This document shows, piece after piece, positions 54,803-64,000 of a stretch of 64,000 nucleotides of DNA. The translations under genes were made by a program, and so were the position numbers. Under the pieces are notes generated by a model. That model was given only the letters and a program-made list of their open reading frames with translations. It was not told the origin of the DNA and did not search any database. The stretch is from Bacteroidales bacterium (lineage in GTDB: Bacteria > Bacteroidota > Bacteroidia > Bacteroidales > NBLH01). How positions within the stretch are numbered: the stretch's first letter is position 1; each line of letters opens with the position of its first letter. The stretch spans positions 3,615-67,614 of the forward strand of contig JBNKJW010000196.1 in assembly GCA_050291445.1 (NCBI GenBank). Direction: 5' to 3'.

Positions 54803-56194
54803 CTACATTTTTGATCCTTTATCATCAAAAAGGTTCTGGAATTTATCTTTGATAATATTTAACAAATTATCGTCTTTATCTTTTTTCGTCTTTTCAGAGC
54901 TAGTTTCTTCTGCTTCTGCTTCCGCTTCGTCAATTACTTTTTCCTTGGTTTTTTCCTGCTTTGGTTTTGCATCTTCTTTTTCAAGAAGGTAACCATTTAG
55001 CAATAAACCAATACTTGTTGAGTACATTGGAAGATTTATTTCCGGGTTTTCGATTAACAAGCAACGGTTTGGATAGCCTACATTTACATCAAGGCTGGTT
55101 TTGTAACTAACCAGCTGTCTGATATGTTTTAAAAGTGCCCCACCTCCTGTAATTGTAATTCCAGCGCCCAGCTTTTTTGCAAAACCACTATTATCAATTT
55201 CGTACGAGATGTGATCAACAATTTCCTCCATTCTTGCCTGGATAATTTTCGATAAAAATCGAATTGAAATCATTTTGGGTTCGCGACCAGATATACCTGG
55301 TACTGAAACTACCTGGTCTTCCGGTGCAGCATCGCCCAAAGCAGTCCCAAATTGCACTTTTATTTTCTCAGCTTGTCGGTGTAAAATTGAGCAGCCCTCT
55401 TTGATATCTCTGGTAATTACATCTCCACCAAAAGGAATTACGGCAGTATGACGTAAAATCCCATCGTAATAAATTGCAATATCAGTAGTTCCACCTCCAA
55501 TATCAACCATGGTGACACCAATTTCTTTTTCATCATTAGTAAGTACTGAAGAAGCTGATGCCAATGGCTCCAAAATCATCTTCTTTACTTTTAAACCAGC
55601 TCTTTCAATGCATTTAAAAATGTGCTTGGCCGAAGAAATTTCGCCAACTACTATATGAAAGTTTGCTTCAAGCCTTTTTCCGAACATACCAACGGGCTGT
55701 TTTACACCTCCCTCATTATCAACAGTATAGCTTTGTGGGATGACGTGGATAATTTCTTCTCCGGCATCCAATGCAATGTTGTGCATATCGTTAACCAACT
55801 CATCAATATCGGCTTGTGTAATTTCACTATCAGCAGATTGGATGTATTTGGAATGCCTGTTTTTCATGCTTTTGATATGCTGGCCTGCAATGCCTACATA
55901 CACTTCGTCAAAAGTGAGCTTTGATTCCAGTTGTGCCTGGTAAACCGCTTCTTGTATGGCTGCAGCTGTTTCTTCAATGTTTAGAACAACACCACGTTTC
56001 ACACCTTTTGAGACACTTTTACCCATTCCCATCACCCTTACTTTTCCATCATCAGAAGCTGCTCCGATAATGGCAACAATTTTTGTTGTGCCTATGTCAA
56101 CAGCAGCTATATACTTTTCATTTGTAACCATTTCTTTCGATTCACTGGTGTTTGTCTCTTCTTCTTCTAATTCAAAAACTTCGTCTTTGTTCAT
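54803..56194 (-). CDS. ftsA: Cell division protein FtsA
   Basis: 463-aa ORF. It has actin-like ATPase motifs (AVDIGTTKIVAIIG; VDIGGGTTDIAIY) and a C-terminal amphipathic helix (LLNIIKDKFQNLF). Confidence 0.95.
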   Translation of the reverse strand: MNKDEVFELEEEETNTSESKEMVTNEKYIAAVDIGTTKIVAIIGAASDDGKVRVMGMGKSVSKGVKRGVVLNIEETAAAIQEAVYQAQLESKLTFDEVYVGIAGQHIKSMKNRHSKYIQSADSEITQADIDELVNDMHNIALDAGEEIIHVIPQSYTVDNEGGVKQPVGMFGKRLEANFHIVVGEISSAKHIFKCIERAGLKVKKMILEPLASASSVLTNDEKEIGVTMVDIGGGTTDIAIYYDGILRHTAVIPFGGDVITRDIKEGCSILHRQAEKIKVQFGTALGDAAPEDQVVSVPGISGREPKMISIRFLSKIIQARMEEIVDHISYEIDNSGFAKKLGAGITITGGGALLKHIRQLVSYKTSLDVNVGYPNRCLLIENPEINLPMYSTSIGLLLNGYLLEKEDAKPKQEKTKEKVIDEAEAEAEETSSEKTKKDKDDNLLNIIKDKFQNLFDDKGSKM

Positions 56195-56214
56195 CGCTCA
56201 ACCTTTTAATAGTT

Positions 56215-57009
56215 TTATTCAACCTTGCGGCAAACAACCTGGTTTTTATATTTTAAATCTATTTCGTTGTATCTATTCCAGCCCTTTGCCGGAAATCCTT
56301 TTTTATAAGTTGCTTCAAGATTCCTGAATTTCTCTTCGTATCTGTCAATCCCTCCAAATTGGATGATATGGTTCCCAACCAAAGGAACCAATTCAAATTC
56401 ATTATTTTTGGTTAGATAGATTTGTTGAGTTTGTGCTTCCCAAAATCTATCATTATTTATGAAAGTAACCAAAGTATACAAATCTCTTAATACTAAAATA
56501 TTTTTATTGGTATCCAAATCTTTGTTGTGGATGTTTGTAATTGTATCAAAATCAGGACTGTATTCAATATTTCCACTGGCTATAATCATTCTTGCCTGAA
56601 CTTTTCTTGATACTGGCATTAACACCCCTTCTTTACCTATATAAAAACTTATATTCTCTTTGTTTATTACACGAACAACCGGGTTTCTTTGAATAGCTTT
56701 AATAACAAGCTCTCCATTAATTTTTTTAAAAACTTCGGCATGTTTGATGTATGGGTCATCATTGAGCTTTTTCTCAATTTTTGCAATGTTATACTTTTTT
56801 ATTGGCTGACCTACAATTGTTCCATTTTCTTCCTCAATTAAATCAATTACATGGTTTTTGTCGATGTATTGTTTATCTAAGGTGTCTGAAAACGAAACTT
56901 CAATACCTGTACAAATTACGTCGCTCTGTTTTTTTGATACAAATCTTAATACTCCAATTACCAGTGCAATTGCAAGTAACCACAACCCTATTTGTACAAA
57001 TTTTTTCAT
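56215..57009 (-). CDS. ftsQ: Cell division protein FtsQ (POTRA domain)
   Basis: 264-aa ORF with an N-terminal TM anchor (IGLWLLAIALVIGVL). Its position between murC and ftsA and its POTRA-like region support the call. Confidence 0.8.
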   Translation of the reverse strand: MKKFVQIGLWLLAIALVIGVLRFVSKKQSDVICTGIEVSFSDTLDKQYIDKNHVIDLIEEENGTIVGQPIKKYNIAKIEKKLNDDPYIKHAEVFKKINGELVIKAIQRNPVVRVINKENISFYIGKEGVLMPVSRKVQARMIIASGNIEYSPDFDTITNIHNKDLDTNKNILVLRDLYTLVTFINNDRFWEAQTQQIYLTKNNEFELVPLVGNHIIQFGGIDRYEEKFRNLEATYKKGFPAKGWNRYNEIDLKYKNQVVCRKVE

Positions 57010-58394
57010 TAAGAATAAAATAATTCTTTAATTTCTTTCACTTTTTTATCAATATTTCCTGCACCCATGGTTAAAAGCACTTCAAATTTTTTGTTTGATA
57101 TACTTTCAACCAGGTTTTCTAAGGTGCATTTAGCTTTATTTTTAATCCCAACTTTATTAAAAATTAAATCAGCGTTTACACCTTCAATGGGCTCTTCCCT
57201 TGCAGGATAGATATCCAATAAAATTAACTCATCCAATTTTTCAAGTGATTGAGCAAACTCAGTTGCAAAATCTCTGGTTCTTGAAAACAGATGAGGTTGA
57301 AAAATTCCTGTTATTTTTTTTGTTGGAAACAATTCTTTTATTGAACCAATAAAAGCCTTCAATTCTTCAGGATGATGTGCATAATCATCAACATAAACCA
57401 TTGTTTGGTTATTGATTTGAAAATCGAACCTTCGGTTTACCCCCTTAAAAGATTTTAAATTGAACCTGATTGTTTCATCATCAAGGCCTGCAACATGTGC
57501 CAGTGAAACCGCTGCAACTGCATTTTCAGCATTTATTTTGCCCGGGACACCACATTCCAGGTTATTAATTACTCCTGTAGGAGTAGTTAAGTTAAAGGAA
57601 TATTGTCCCTGGCTATTCATTTTTAGCTGTTTTGCGCAAAAATCAGCTTCCTCATCCAAGGCATATGTATAGCTATTTTCAGGAAAATTTTCTGGCTGCA
57701 AAGTTAGGCCTTTTTTATAAATTATTGTGCCTTTTGGTGCTATCTTCTTGACAAATTGATTAAAAGATTTGACAATATTTTCTTTGTTCTCATAAATATC
57801 CAGGTGATCGGCATCTATGGCGGTAATTAATGCAATAGATGGGCTCAGGTGAAGAAACGAACGATCAAACTCATCGGCTTCTACTGTTGCAATTGTTTCA
57901 TTATTAGAATGTTCTGGCAGAACCAGGTTGGAATTGTAGTTTTTTGAAATTCCACCTAAAAAAGCCAGACAATCAAAATTTGAGTTGTTAAATAGCCACG
58001 AAACGGAGGTTGAAATAGATGTTTTGCCATGTGTGCCCGCAACTGCAATTGTTTTGTATTTATTTGTAATCAGCCCCAGGATTTCTGCTCGTTTATAAAG
58101 TTTAAATTTATTTTTTACCAAAAAATCGAGTCCTTGGTGGTTTTTAGGAATGGCCGGTGTATAAATAATTAAGGAGTTTTCCTTTTCAAATTTAAAATCA
58201 TCCGGTAATTCGCTTAAACTTTCATTAAAATGAACAAAAATACCCTCCGCCTCTAAATCGGAAGTAATTTGAGTGGGGGTTTTGTCGTATCCTGCAACTG
58301 TTTTACCAATGTGCTTAAAATAACGAGCAAGGGCACTCATACCGATGCCCCCGATTCCAATAAAATAGACCTTATGTATATTAGAAAAATTCAC
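57009..58394 (-). CDS. murC: UDP-N-acetylmuramate--L-alanine ligase
   Basis: 461-aa ORF. It has FIGIGGIGMSALARYF and the GTHGKTS P-loop, with the Mur ligase C-terminal domain. Confidence 0.95.
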   Translation of the reverse strand: MNFSNIHKVYFIGIGGIGMSALARYFKHIGKTVAGYDKTPTQITSDLEAEGIFVHFNESLSELPDDFKFEKENSLIIYTPAIPKNHQGLDFLVKNKFKLYKRAEILGLITNKYKTIAVAGTHGKTSISTSVSWLFNNSNFDCLAFLGGISKNYNSNLVLPEHSNNETIATVEADEFDRSFLHLSPSIALITAIDADHLDIYENKENIVKSFNQFVKKIAPKGTIIYKKGLTLQPENFPENSYTYALDEEADFCAKQLKMNSQGQYSFNLTTPTGVINNLECGVPGKINAENAVAAVSLAHVAGLDDETIRFNLKSFKGVNRRFDFQINNQTMVYVDDYAHHPEELKAFIGSIKELFPTKKITGIFQPHLFSRTRDFATEFAQSLEKLDELILLDIYPAREEPIEGVNADLIFNKVGIKNKAKCTLENLVESISNKKFEVLLTMGAGNIDKKVKEIKELFYS

Positions 58395-58404
58395 TCCTTA
58401 TTTT

Positions 58405-59283
58405 TTAGTTTTGCAGCAGCAGGCTCAACCTGTTGTTGAGCTCTTCTACCCTAAGTTTATCTTTTCGTTTTTTTAGTTGCTCACCCTGTACAGTCAGCAG
58501 TAATTCAAAAGCTTCAGATAGTTTGAACATTTGTTCTTGTAATGCTGATACATGCGTTTGATTTTCCTTTATCAGTTTTAGTTTGTAAAGGTTAGCAAGC
58601 ACTGCTGCATTGCTATAGGGTTCTTCAACCATCAATTTTAACTTTTCGGCATTAAAAGCACTCGTTGGAATTCTTTTAATTCCTTTATCTGTTTCTTCCT
58701 GATATTTTGCCAGTTTTAAAAACCATTTTTGACTTTCTTCTTTCCAGATTTCTTCAAAAATGCTGGTTAATTCAAAAATAATTTCTTCTGTTTTGAATTT
58801 TGAGCTATTGATGTGCTTTTTGATTTGCTCATTTTTAGCTATTAGGTTTTCATTAAGAGCTAATGAGTCGATGGAACTACAAGCAGTTTTGATTTTTTCC
58901 TGTAGACCAGAAGCATTAAGTGAAATGTTTGAATCAAATTGTAAATTGTAAGCAGCAAAAACTCTTTCAAGGTTTCGATAGGCATTTATTGTCGATATAT
59001 TTTTTAATTCACCCTCATAATGCGATTCAATTTTCATTACATAGGTTTCAGGTGAAATATCGTTTACAATTTGAATGAATTCTTTTTGATACTCTTGTTC
59101 TTTGATTGTCGTGTTTAGCTCTTGGTAAGTTTGGCTCACTAAGTGGCTAATTGAAATACCATGTTTTGCTATTTCTGCATCCGGGCTTGATTTTCTACCT
59201 GAACATGAAGTTATCACCAATGTTATTGCTAAAGTGGCAATAATCAGTAGTTTAGTTTTTGAGGTGTTGGTAGTAGTTTGCAT
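58405..59283 (-). CDS. Hypothetical helical lipoprotein inserted between murG and murC
   Basis: 292-aa ORF with a lipobox (LVITSCSG). It is predicted to be largely alpha-helical or coiled-coil. I recognise no family. Confidence 0.6.
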   Translation of the reverse strand: MQTTTNTSKTKLLIIATLAITLVITSCSGRKSSPDAEIAKHGISISHLVSQTYQELNTTIKEQEYQKEFIQIVNDISPETYVMKIESHYEGELKNISTINAYRNLERVFAAYNLQFDSNISLNASGLQEKIKTACSSIDSLALNENLIAKNEQIKKHINSSKFKTEEIIFELTSIFEEIWKEESQKWFLKLAKYQEETDKGIKRIPTSAFNAEKLKLMVEEPYSNAAVLANLYKLKLIKENQTHVSALQEQMFKLSEAFELLLTVQGEQLKKRKDKLRVEELNNRLSLLLQN

Positions 59284-59364
59284 ATGCTCGAAAATTAATT
59301 TATTGTAAAATTATGTATTATAAATCAAAATGACAAGTATTGTTTTAATTTTTATATTTATTAT

Positions 59365-60474
59365 TTACTTTATCAGTTTAAGTATTTCATTAGCAATTAG
59401 TTGGTCTGAGTTTTCAATAGCTAATTCTGCAATGTTGCTGCTCAGTTTCTCCATTTTTTCCTGGTTTTTAGCCAAATTTAAGACTTCATCAATCAGTTTT
59501 TCAACTGCTTCACTATCCCTAACTAAAATAGCTGCTTCTTTTTCAACCAAAGCCAGGGCATTTTTAGTTTGATGATCTTCAGCAACATTTGGCGAAGGTA
59601 CCAAAATTGATGGTTTTTTAACCAGGCACAATTCAGAAATTGTTCCTGCGCCAGCTCTTGAAATAACAACATCAGCTGCAGCAAAAGCCATGTCCATTTT
59701 ATTGATAAAAGCATGGACTTTTATGTTGTTCTCTTCATAATTTTTTATGGCATCAAGTGATTGTTGGTGATAATATTTTCCAGTTTGCCAGATTAGTTGA
59801 ATATCCGAGGATTTAATTTCTTTAAGTTTGTTAATCACAGCATGGTTAATTGTTCTGGCTCCTCCGCTTCCGCCAAGAATTAGTACTGTTTTTTTATTTT
59901 TATCAAGTTTAAAGAAATCAAGTGCTTCGCCTTTTGATATATTGTTGTTGTACAGGTTTTTACGGATTGGATTACCGGTTTTTACAATTTTTTCCTTAGC
60001 AAAAAACTTTTCCATTCCATCATAAGCAACGCAGATTTTTTTTGCTCTTTTTGCCAGTAATTTATTGGTTACACCAGCGTATGAATTTTGTTCCTGCAAC
60101 AAGGTTGGAACACCTTTTTTACTTGCCATATGAACTACTGCTCCGCTTGCATAGCCACCAACACCAACTGCTGCATGGGGTTTAAAGTCTTTGATTATTT
60201 TTTTTGAAATCCGAAGGCTCTTTAGCAATCCAAAAACTACTTTTACATTTTCAAAACTTATCTTTCGCAAAAAGCCTCTTATTGGTAAACCTTTTATTTC
60301 ATAGCCCGCATCGGGTACTTTTTGCATTTCAATTTTCCCCTCAGCACCAACAAATAAGATTTCGATTGAAGGCTCCTGGGCTTTCAATGCATTGGCAATG
60401 GCAATTGCAGGGAAAATATGTCCCCCGGTGCCTCCACCACTTATAATTATTCGTTTGCCAGGTTTATTCGTCAT
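59365..60474 (-). CDS. murG: Undecaprenyldiphospho-muramoylpentapeptide beta-N-acetylglucosaminyltransferase
   Basis: 369-aa ORF. It has GGGTGGHIFPAIAIA and the GGSGGAR motif. It overlaps ftsW by 11 nt. Confidence 0.95.
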   Translation of the reverse strand: MTNKPGKRIIISGGGTGGHIFPAIAIANALKAQEPSIEILFVGAEGKIEMQKVPDAGYEIKGLPIRGFLRKISFENVKVVFGLLKSLRISKKIIKDFKPHAAVGVGGYASGAVVHMASKKGVPTLLQEQNSYAGVTNKLLAKRAKKICVAYDGMEKFFAKEKIVKTGNPIRKNLYNNNISKGEALDFFKLDKNKKTVLILGGSGGARTINHAVINKLKEIKSSDIQLIWQTGKYYHQQSLDAIKNYEENNIKVHAFINKMDMAFAAADVVISRAGAGTISELCLVKKPSILVPSPNVAEDHQTKNALALVEKEAAILVRDSEAVEKLIDEVLNLAKNQEKMEKLSSNIAELAIENSDQLIANEILKLIK

Positions 60475-61624
60475 ACGCTTCGTCTGTTTCTAAATTATCT
60501 TGAACTTCTTCTTTTTCAAGGCTTCTACTAATACTTAAAATGATGCCCAACGCAGCAAAAGTTGATATCATTGATGTTCCGCCCATACTAACCAATGGCA
60601 AAGGCTGCCCTGTTACAGGAACAATATTTACAGCTACTGCCATGTTTGCCAATGCCTGGAATACCAGGCTTACACTGAGTCCTATAGCCAGAAATGCCGG
60701 AAAAGTGCGCGAACTTGACTTTACAATCATTCCTGTTCGGTACAAAATTAACAGATAGGATGCCAATACCAAAAATCCAATAATCGAACCCCATTCTTCT
60801 AAAATAATGGAATAGATAAAATCCGATGAAGCATTTGGTAATGAGTATCTTACGGAGCTATTTCCAGGTCCTTTTCCTACCAGTCCGGATGTTGCAATGG
60901 CCGTTTTTGCTAGGTTTGCCTGAAAATCATCTTCGGTTGAATCATTGACAAAACTCTCCACCCGGCTTTTCCATGTACCAAATCGGGCTACATTTGGTGC
61001 TGCAAATGAAAGTAATATTATAAAAATCAGGATGCCGGAAAGAATACCGATCGCCTTTAGTAGCAGTTTCCCTGGTATTCGGCCTATAAACATCAAAATT
61101 AATGAGGTGCTGAAAAGCAAAAATGCTGTTGAAAAGTTGGATGGCAAGATTAAGCCACAAATAATCCCAACAGGTATCATAATTTTTTTAAAGGCCTGTG
61201 TTAAACTTTCTTCATTTTCCTGGCTCAATGATAATATCCTGGCTATGTATACAATCAATGCAAATTTTGCAATGTCCGAAGGCTGAAATTTTATCCCAAC
61301 ATCTATCCAGCGTGTGGCATCGTTTTCGGATACTCCCAAAAACAAGGTGAAAAAAAGCAATAGACCAGCAACAATAATTATTAATTGCGAAAGACTGAAA
61401 AAGAGGGTGTAAGGTACTCTATGCAGCAGGTATAAAATAGCAAAGCCAACCAAAAGGAAACGTAAGTGCCTGAAAAGGTAGTGGCTAGTATCTCCACTCA
61501 TATAACGATAGGCTAAATCGCCAATAGAGCTGTATACCGAAACTACTGAAATAACTGAAAGAAAGGCAATTACTATCCAGATTATCCGGTCTCCTTTAAA
61601 ATATGTCGATAGTTTGTCTTTCAT
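60464..61624 (-). CDS. ftsW: FtsW/RodA/SpoVE family cell-division protein (peptidoglycan glycosyltransferase)
   Basis: 386-aa polytopic ORF. It has SDFIYSIILEEWG and PVTGQPLPLVSMGGTS motifs, and sits between murD and murG. Confidence 0.9.
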   Translation of the reverse strand: MKDKLSTYFKGDRIIWIVIAFLSVISVVSVYSSIGDLAYRYMSGDTSHYLFRHLRFLLVGFAILYLLHRVPYTLFFSLSQLIIIVAGLLLFFTLFLGVSENDATRWIDVGIKFQPSDIAKFALIVYIARILSLSQENEESLTQAFKKIMIPVGIICGLILPSNFSTAFLLFSTSLILMFIGRIPGKLLLKAIGILSGILIFIILLSFAAPNVARFGTWKSRVESFVNDSTEDDFQANLAKTAIATSGLVGKGPGNSSVRYSLPNASSDFIYSIILEEWGSIIGFLVLASYLLILYRTGMIVKSSSRTFPAFLAIGLSVSLVFQALANMAVAVNIVPVTGQPLPLVSMGGTSMISTFAALGIILSISRSLEKEEVQDNLETDEAYDE

Positions 61625-61666
61625 AGTGTTGAATTTGTCAAATTAAAAGATGTTGTTTTACAACTT

Positions 61667-62998
61667 TTACAATTTTCTCACTTCTTTTTTAAATTGACGC
61701 CCTCTGTCTTCATAGTTTTCAAATAAATCGAAACTGGCACAAGCTGGTGATAAAAGTACAATTTCATCATCCTTTGCAAGGTAATATGCTGCTTTTACTG
61801 CGTCTTCCATTGATGATGCATCAACCACTTCTACAATATCATCAAAGGCTGCGTGAATTTTACTGTTATCTTTTCCAAGGGCAACAACAGCTTTTACTTT
61901 CTCGTAAACCAGGTCGTTTAGCATCGAATAATCATTTCCTTTGTCTATTCCTCCAACAATCCAAACTATTTTTTTATTCATACTTTCCAAAGCGTACCAG
62001 CTGGAATTTATGTTTGTTGACTTGGAATCGTTAATAAACAGGATGCCATGTACTTTGATAAATTTTTCCAAACGGTGTTCAACACCCTTAAAATCAGAAA
62101 GACTTTCGCGGATGACCGGGTTCTTGATGTCCAGAATCTTAGCAGAAATACCTGCTGCTAACGAATTGTAAATGTTATGTTTACCTTGCAATGCCAGTTC
62201 GTAAATATTCATTTCAAATGGGTTATTATGGTTTATGATTAAATTGGTTCCTTTGATGTGTCCTCCGGAATCAAGTTTTGTATTAATCGAAAAGGGTAAT
62301 TTCTCAGATTCAATTTTTAGTTTTTTCAATTTGTCAACAATTACCTTATCATCAGCATTGTATAAAAAATAGCAGGTTTTATCCTGGTTTTTTGTTATCC
62401 TGAATTTTGAATCTGCATACAGCGAAAAATTATAGTTGTACCAATCGAGGTGATCGGGTGTAATATTTAAAAGGATGGCTATATCTGCCTTAAAATCAGA
62501 TATATAGTCTAGTTGAAAACTGCTTAATTCAATGACAAAAAAGTCATATTCCTGTTCCGCCACCTGCATGGCAAAACTGTAGCCTACATTGCCAGCCAGG
62601 CCAACATGCAGGCCTGCTTTTTTTAGGATATGATAAATCAACATGGTAGTGGTTGTTTTACCGTTACTACCAGTAATACAAATCTTTTTTGCCTGGGTGT
62701 ATCTTGATGCAAATTCAATTTCTGAAATGATGGGTTTACCAATGTTTTTCAGGTACTGAATTATTTCAGAGTTATCAGGTATTCCAGGGCTTTTTATTAC
62801 TTCTTCAGCTTCAATTATTGTTGCATGCGAATGTTTTTTTTCTTCCCATTCAATCTGGTTTTCTTCTAAAATAGCCTTGTATTTTTCGGGAATAATACCA
62901 AAATCAGATACAAACACGGTATAGCCTCTCTTTTTAGCTAAAACTGCTGCACCAGTCCCGCTTTCGCCTCCACCTAATATGCTGATTCTTTTATTCAC
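61667..62998 (-). CDS. murD: UDP-N-acetylmuramoylalanine--D-glutamate ligase
   Basis: 443-aa ORF. It has ILGGGESGTGAA and the ITGSNGKTTTT P-loop. Confidence 0.95.
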   Translation of the reverse strand: MNKRISILGGGESGTGAAVLAKKRGYTVFVSDFGIIPEKYKAILEENQIEWEEKKHSHATIIEAEEVIKSPGIPDNSEIIQYLKNIGKPIISEIEFASRYTQAKKICITGSNGKTTTTMLIYHILKKAGLHVGLAGNVGYSFAMQVAEQEYDFFVIELSSFQLDYISDFKADIAILLNITPDHLDWYNYNFSLYADSKFRITKNQDKTCYFLYNADDKVIVDKLKKLKIESEKLPFSINTKLDSGGHIKGTNLIINHNNPFEMNIYELALQGKHNIYNSLAAGISAKILDIKNPVIRESLSDFKGVEHRLEKFIKVHGILFINDSKSTNINSSWYALESMNKKIVWIVGGIDKGNDYSMLNDLVYEKVKAVVALGKDNSKIHAAFDDIVEVVDASSMEDAVKAAYYLAKDDEIVLLSPACASFDLFENYEDRGRQFKKEVRKL

Positions 62999-63021
62999 CG
63001 GGTTTTATTAATTCTTGTTAA

Positions 63022-64000
63022 TTATCTGATTTTTAATGTTATAATTGTTAAAATCGCCAAAAGTATACCCACAATCCAAAACCTGGTAACAATTTTAGGT
63101 TCGGGATAACCTAATTTCTGATAATGGTGATGCAATGGTGCCATTTTAAATATCCGTCTTCCTTCACCATATTTCTTTTTGGTATATTTAAACCATCCCA
63201 CCTGAAGCATTACAGATATGTTTTCGATTAAGAAAATACCACACAGCAATGGAATTAATAGCTCCTTTCTTACCAAAATTGCAAATACAGCAATAATTCC
63301 TCCCAGGGTTAAACTACCTGTATCACCCATGAAAATCTGGGCAGGAAATGAGTTGTACCATAAAAAGCCGATGGTGGCACCAATAATTGCACTGGCAAAT
63401 ATTACCAATTCACTTATTTCTGGTATGTACATGATATTCAGGTAGCTGGAGTAAATTATATTGCCCGATAAATAGGCAAATACCCCCAGCGTTACCACAC
63501 TTATTGATGAAACACCAGTTGCTAAACCATCTAAACCATCAGTAAGATTGGCCCCATTTGAAACAGCTGTAATAATGATAATGGCAATTAATATGAAAAT
63601 TATCCAGGCTGCATGCCGTCTGTATTTACCAAAGAAACGCACCAGCATTTCGTAATCAAACTCATGACTTTTTACAAATGGAATGGTTGTTTTGGTTGAT
63701 TTTACATTAAGATGATTTTCCTCTGGAGCAGGAGTTTCTCTCAGCGCATTTATCATTGATGAGCTTCTGCTTTGTAAACTGTCTGGAATACGCGGGTTTT
63801 CGCGAATGACAATATCATCACTCATGTACATGGTAATACCTACAATTAAACCCAACCCTACTTGACCAATGATTTTAAATTTACCAGAAAGCCCTGCTTT
63901 ATTTTTTTTAAAAACTTTGATGTAATCATCTATAAAACCTATGAGTCCTAGCCATAAGGTGGTGATTATCATTAAGATAATGTAAATGTTGTCGAGCCGG
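63022..64000 (-). CDS. mraY: Phospho-N-acetylmuramoyl-pentapeptide transferase (5' end beyond the window)
   Basis: The reading frame is open to the window edge. It has [13 protein letters not shown] and [11 protein letters not shown] motifs. It includes a non-conserved insert ([36 protein letters not shown]). Confidence 0.9.
   Translation of the reverse strand, partial: RLDNIYIILMIITTLWLGLIGFIDDYIKVFKKNKAGLSGKFKIIGQVGLGLIVGITMYMSDDIVIRENPRIPDSLQSRSSSMINALRETPAPEENHLNVKSTKTTIPFVKSHEFDYEMLVRFFGKYRRHAAWIIFILIAIIIITAVSNGANLTDGLDGLATGVSSISVVTLGVFAYLSGNIIYSSYLNIMYIPEISELVIFASAIIGATIGFLWYNSFPAQIFMGDTGSLTLGGIIAVFAILVRKELLIPLLCGIFLIENISVMLQVGWFKYTKKKYGEGRRIFKMAPLHHHYQKLGYPEPKIVTRFWIVGILLAILTIITLKIR

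Noticed and set aside
1-64000. Searched by eye for CRISPR arrays, tRNA/tmRNA/rRNA/RNase P hallmarks, riboswitch-like leaders, and transposase, integrase, reverse-transcriptase or known defence-gene motifs.
   Set aside because: I saw no regularly spaced direct repeats, no GGTTCGAATCC-type T-arm, no tmRNA tag or acceptor sequences, and no recombinase, RT or nuclease-helicase signatures in any ORF of 60 aa or more. A covariance-model scan (tRNAscan-SE, Infernal/Rfam) is still needed to exclude small RNAs.

Overview
AT-rich chromosomal segment with Bacteroidota hallmarks: a T9SS C-terminal sorting domain, a GldE-like CNNM protein, lipoprotein-rich gene content and a Bacteroidota-type dcw order. 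All family calls come from motifs I read in the translations, not from database searches.

Layout:
- 0-8 kb: glycoside-hydrolase-type genes (DUF1593, GH78-like), plus a minus-strand group of a truncated AraC regulator, a DUF1059 protein and a radical-SAM::Nudix fusion.
- 8-10 kb: an AT-rich orphan gene.
- 10-16 kb: hutH, an AI-2E transporter and a cNMP-binding-domain::aspartase fusion.
- 16-20 kb: a secreted module of a small OM barrel, a TolB-like propeller and an S8 peptidase with a T9SS CTD.
- 20-25 kb: a VWA protein and two L,D-transpeptidase-type genes.
- 24.8-31 kb: the accessory-looking part. It holds a tandem DUF6272/SiaB-like ATPase, a 1.1-kb ORF-free region dense in inverted repeats, and three orphan secreted or membrane proteins.
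- 31-37 kb: a VOC protein, an acyltransferase and a 1570-aa AsmA-like protein.
- 37-42.4 kb: a glycogen cluster (GH57, GT4, debranching enzyme).
- 42.5-50 kb: yjbQ, GSCFA, a CNNM/GldE-like protein, lptC, a TPR protein, an OM barrel and coaX.
- 50-52.5 kb: an orphan response regulator and a DUF4139 protein.
- 52.7-64 kb: GatB/YqeY, then ftsZ-ftsA-ftsQ-murC-[extra lipoprotein]-murG-ftsW-murD-mraY. mraY runs off the window.

I recognised no rRNA, tRNA, tmRNA, CRISPR array, transposase, integrase or reverse transcriptase.

Most unusual signals:
1. A mosaic, hairpin-forming repeat family of about 200-290 bp. It has terminal inverted arms and a compensatory base-pair change between copies. There are three copies plus one remnant, all in + orientation, and two abut stop codons.
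2. The 25.9-27.1 kb non-coding region, which has interleaved perfect inverted repeats and a long-range inverted-repeat pair.
3. Two unusual domain fusions: HemN-like rSAM + Nudix, and cNMP-binding + aspartase.

None of these can be assigned a function from sequence alone.
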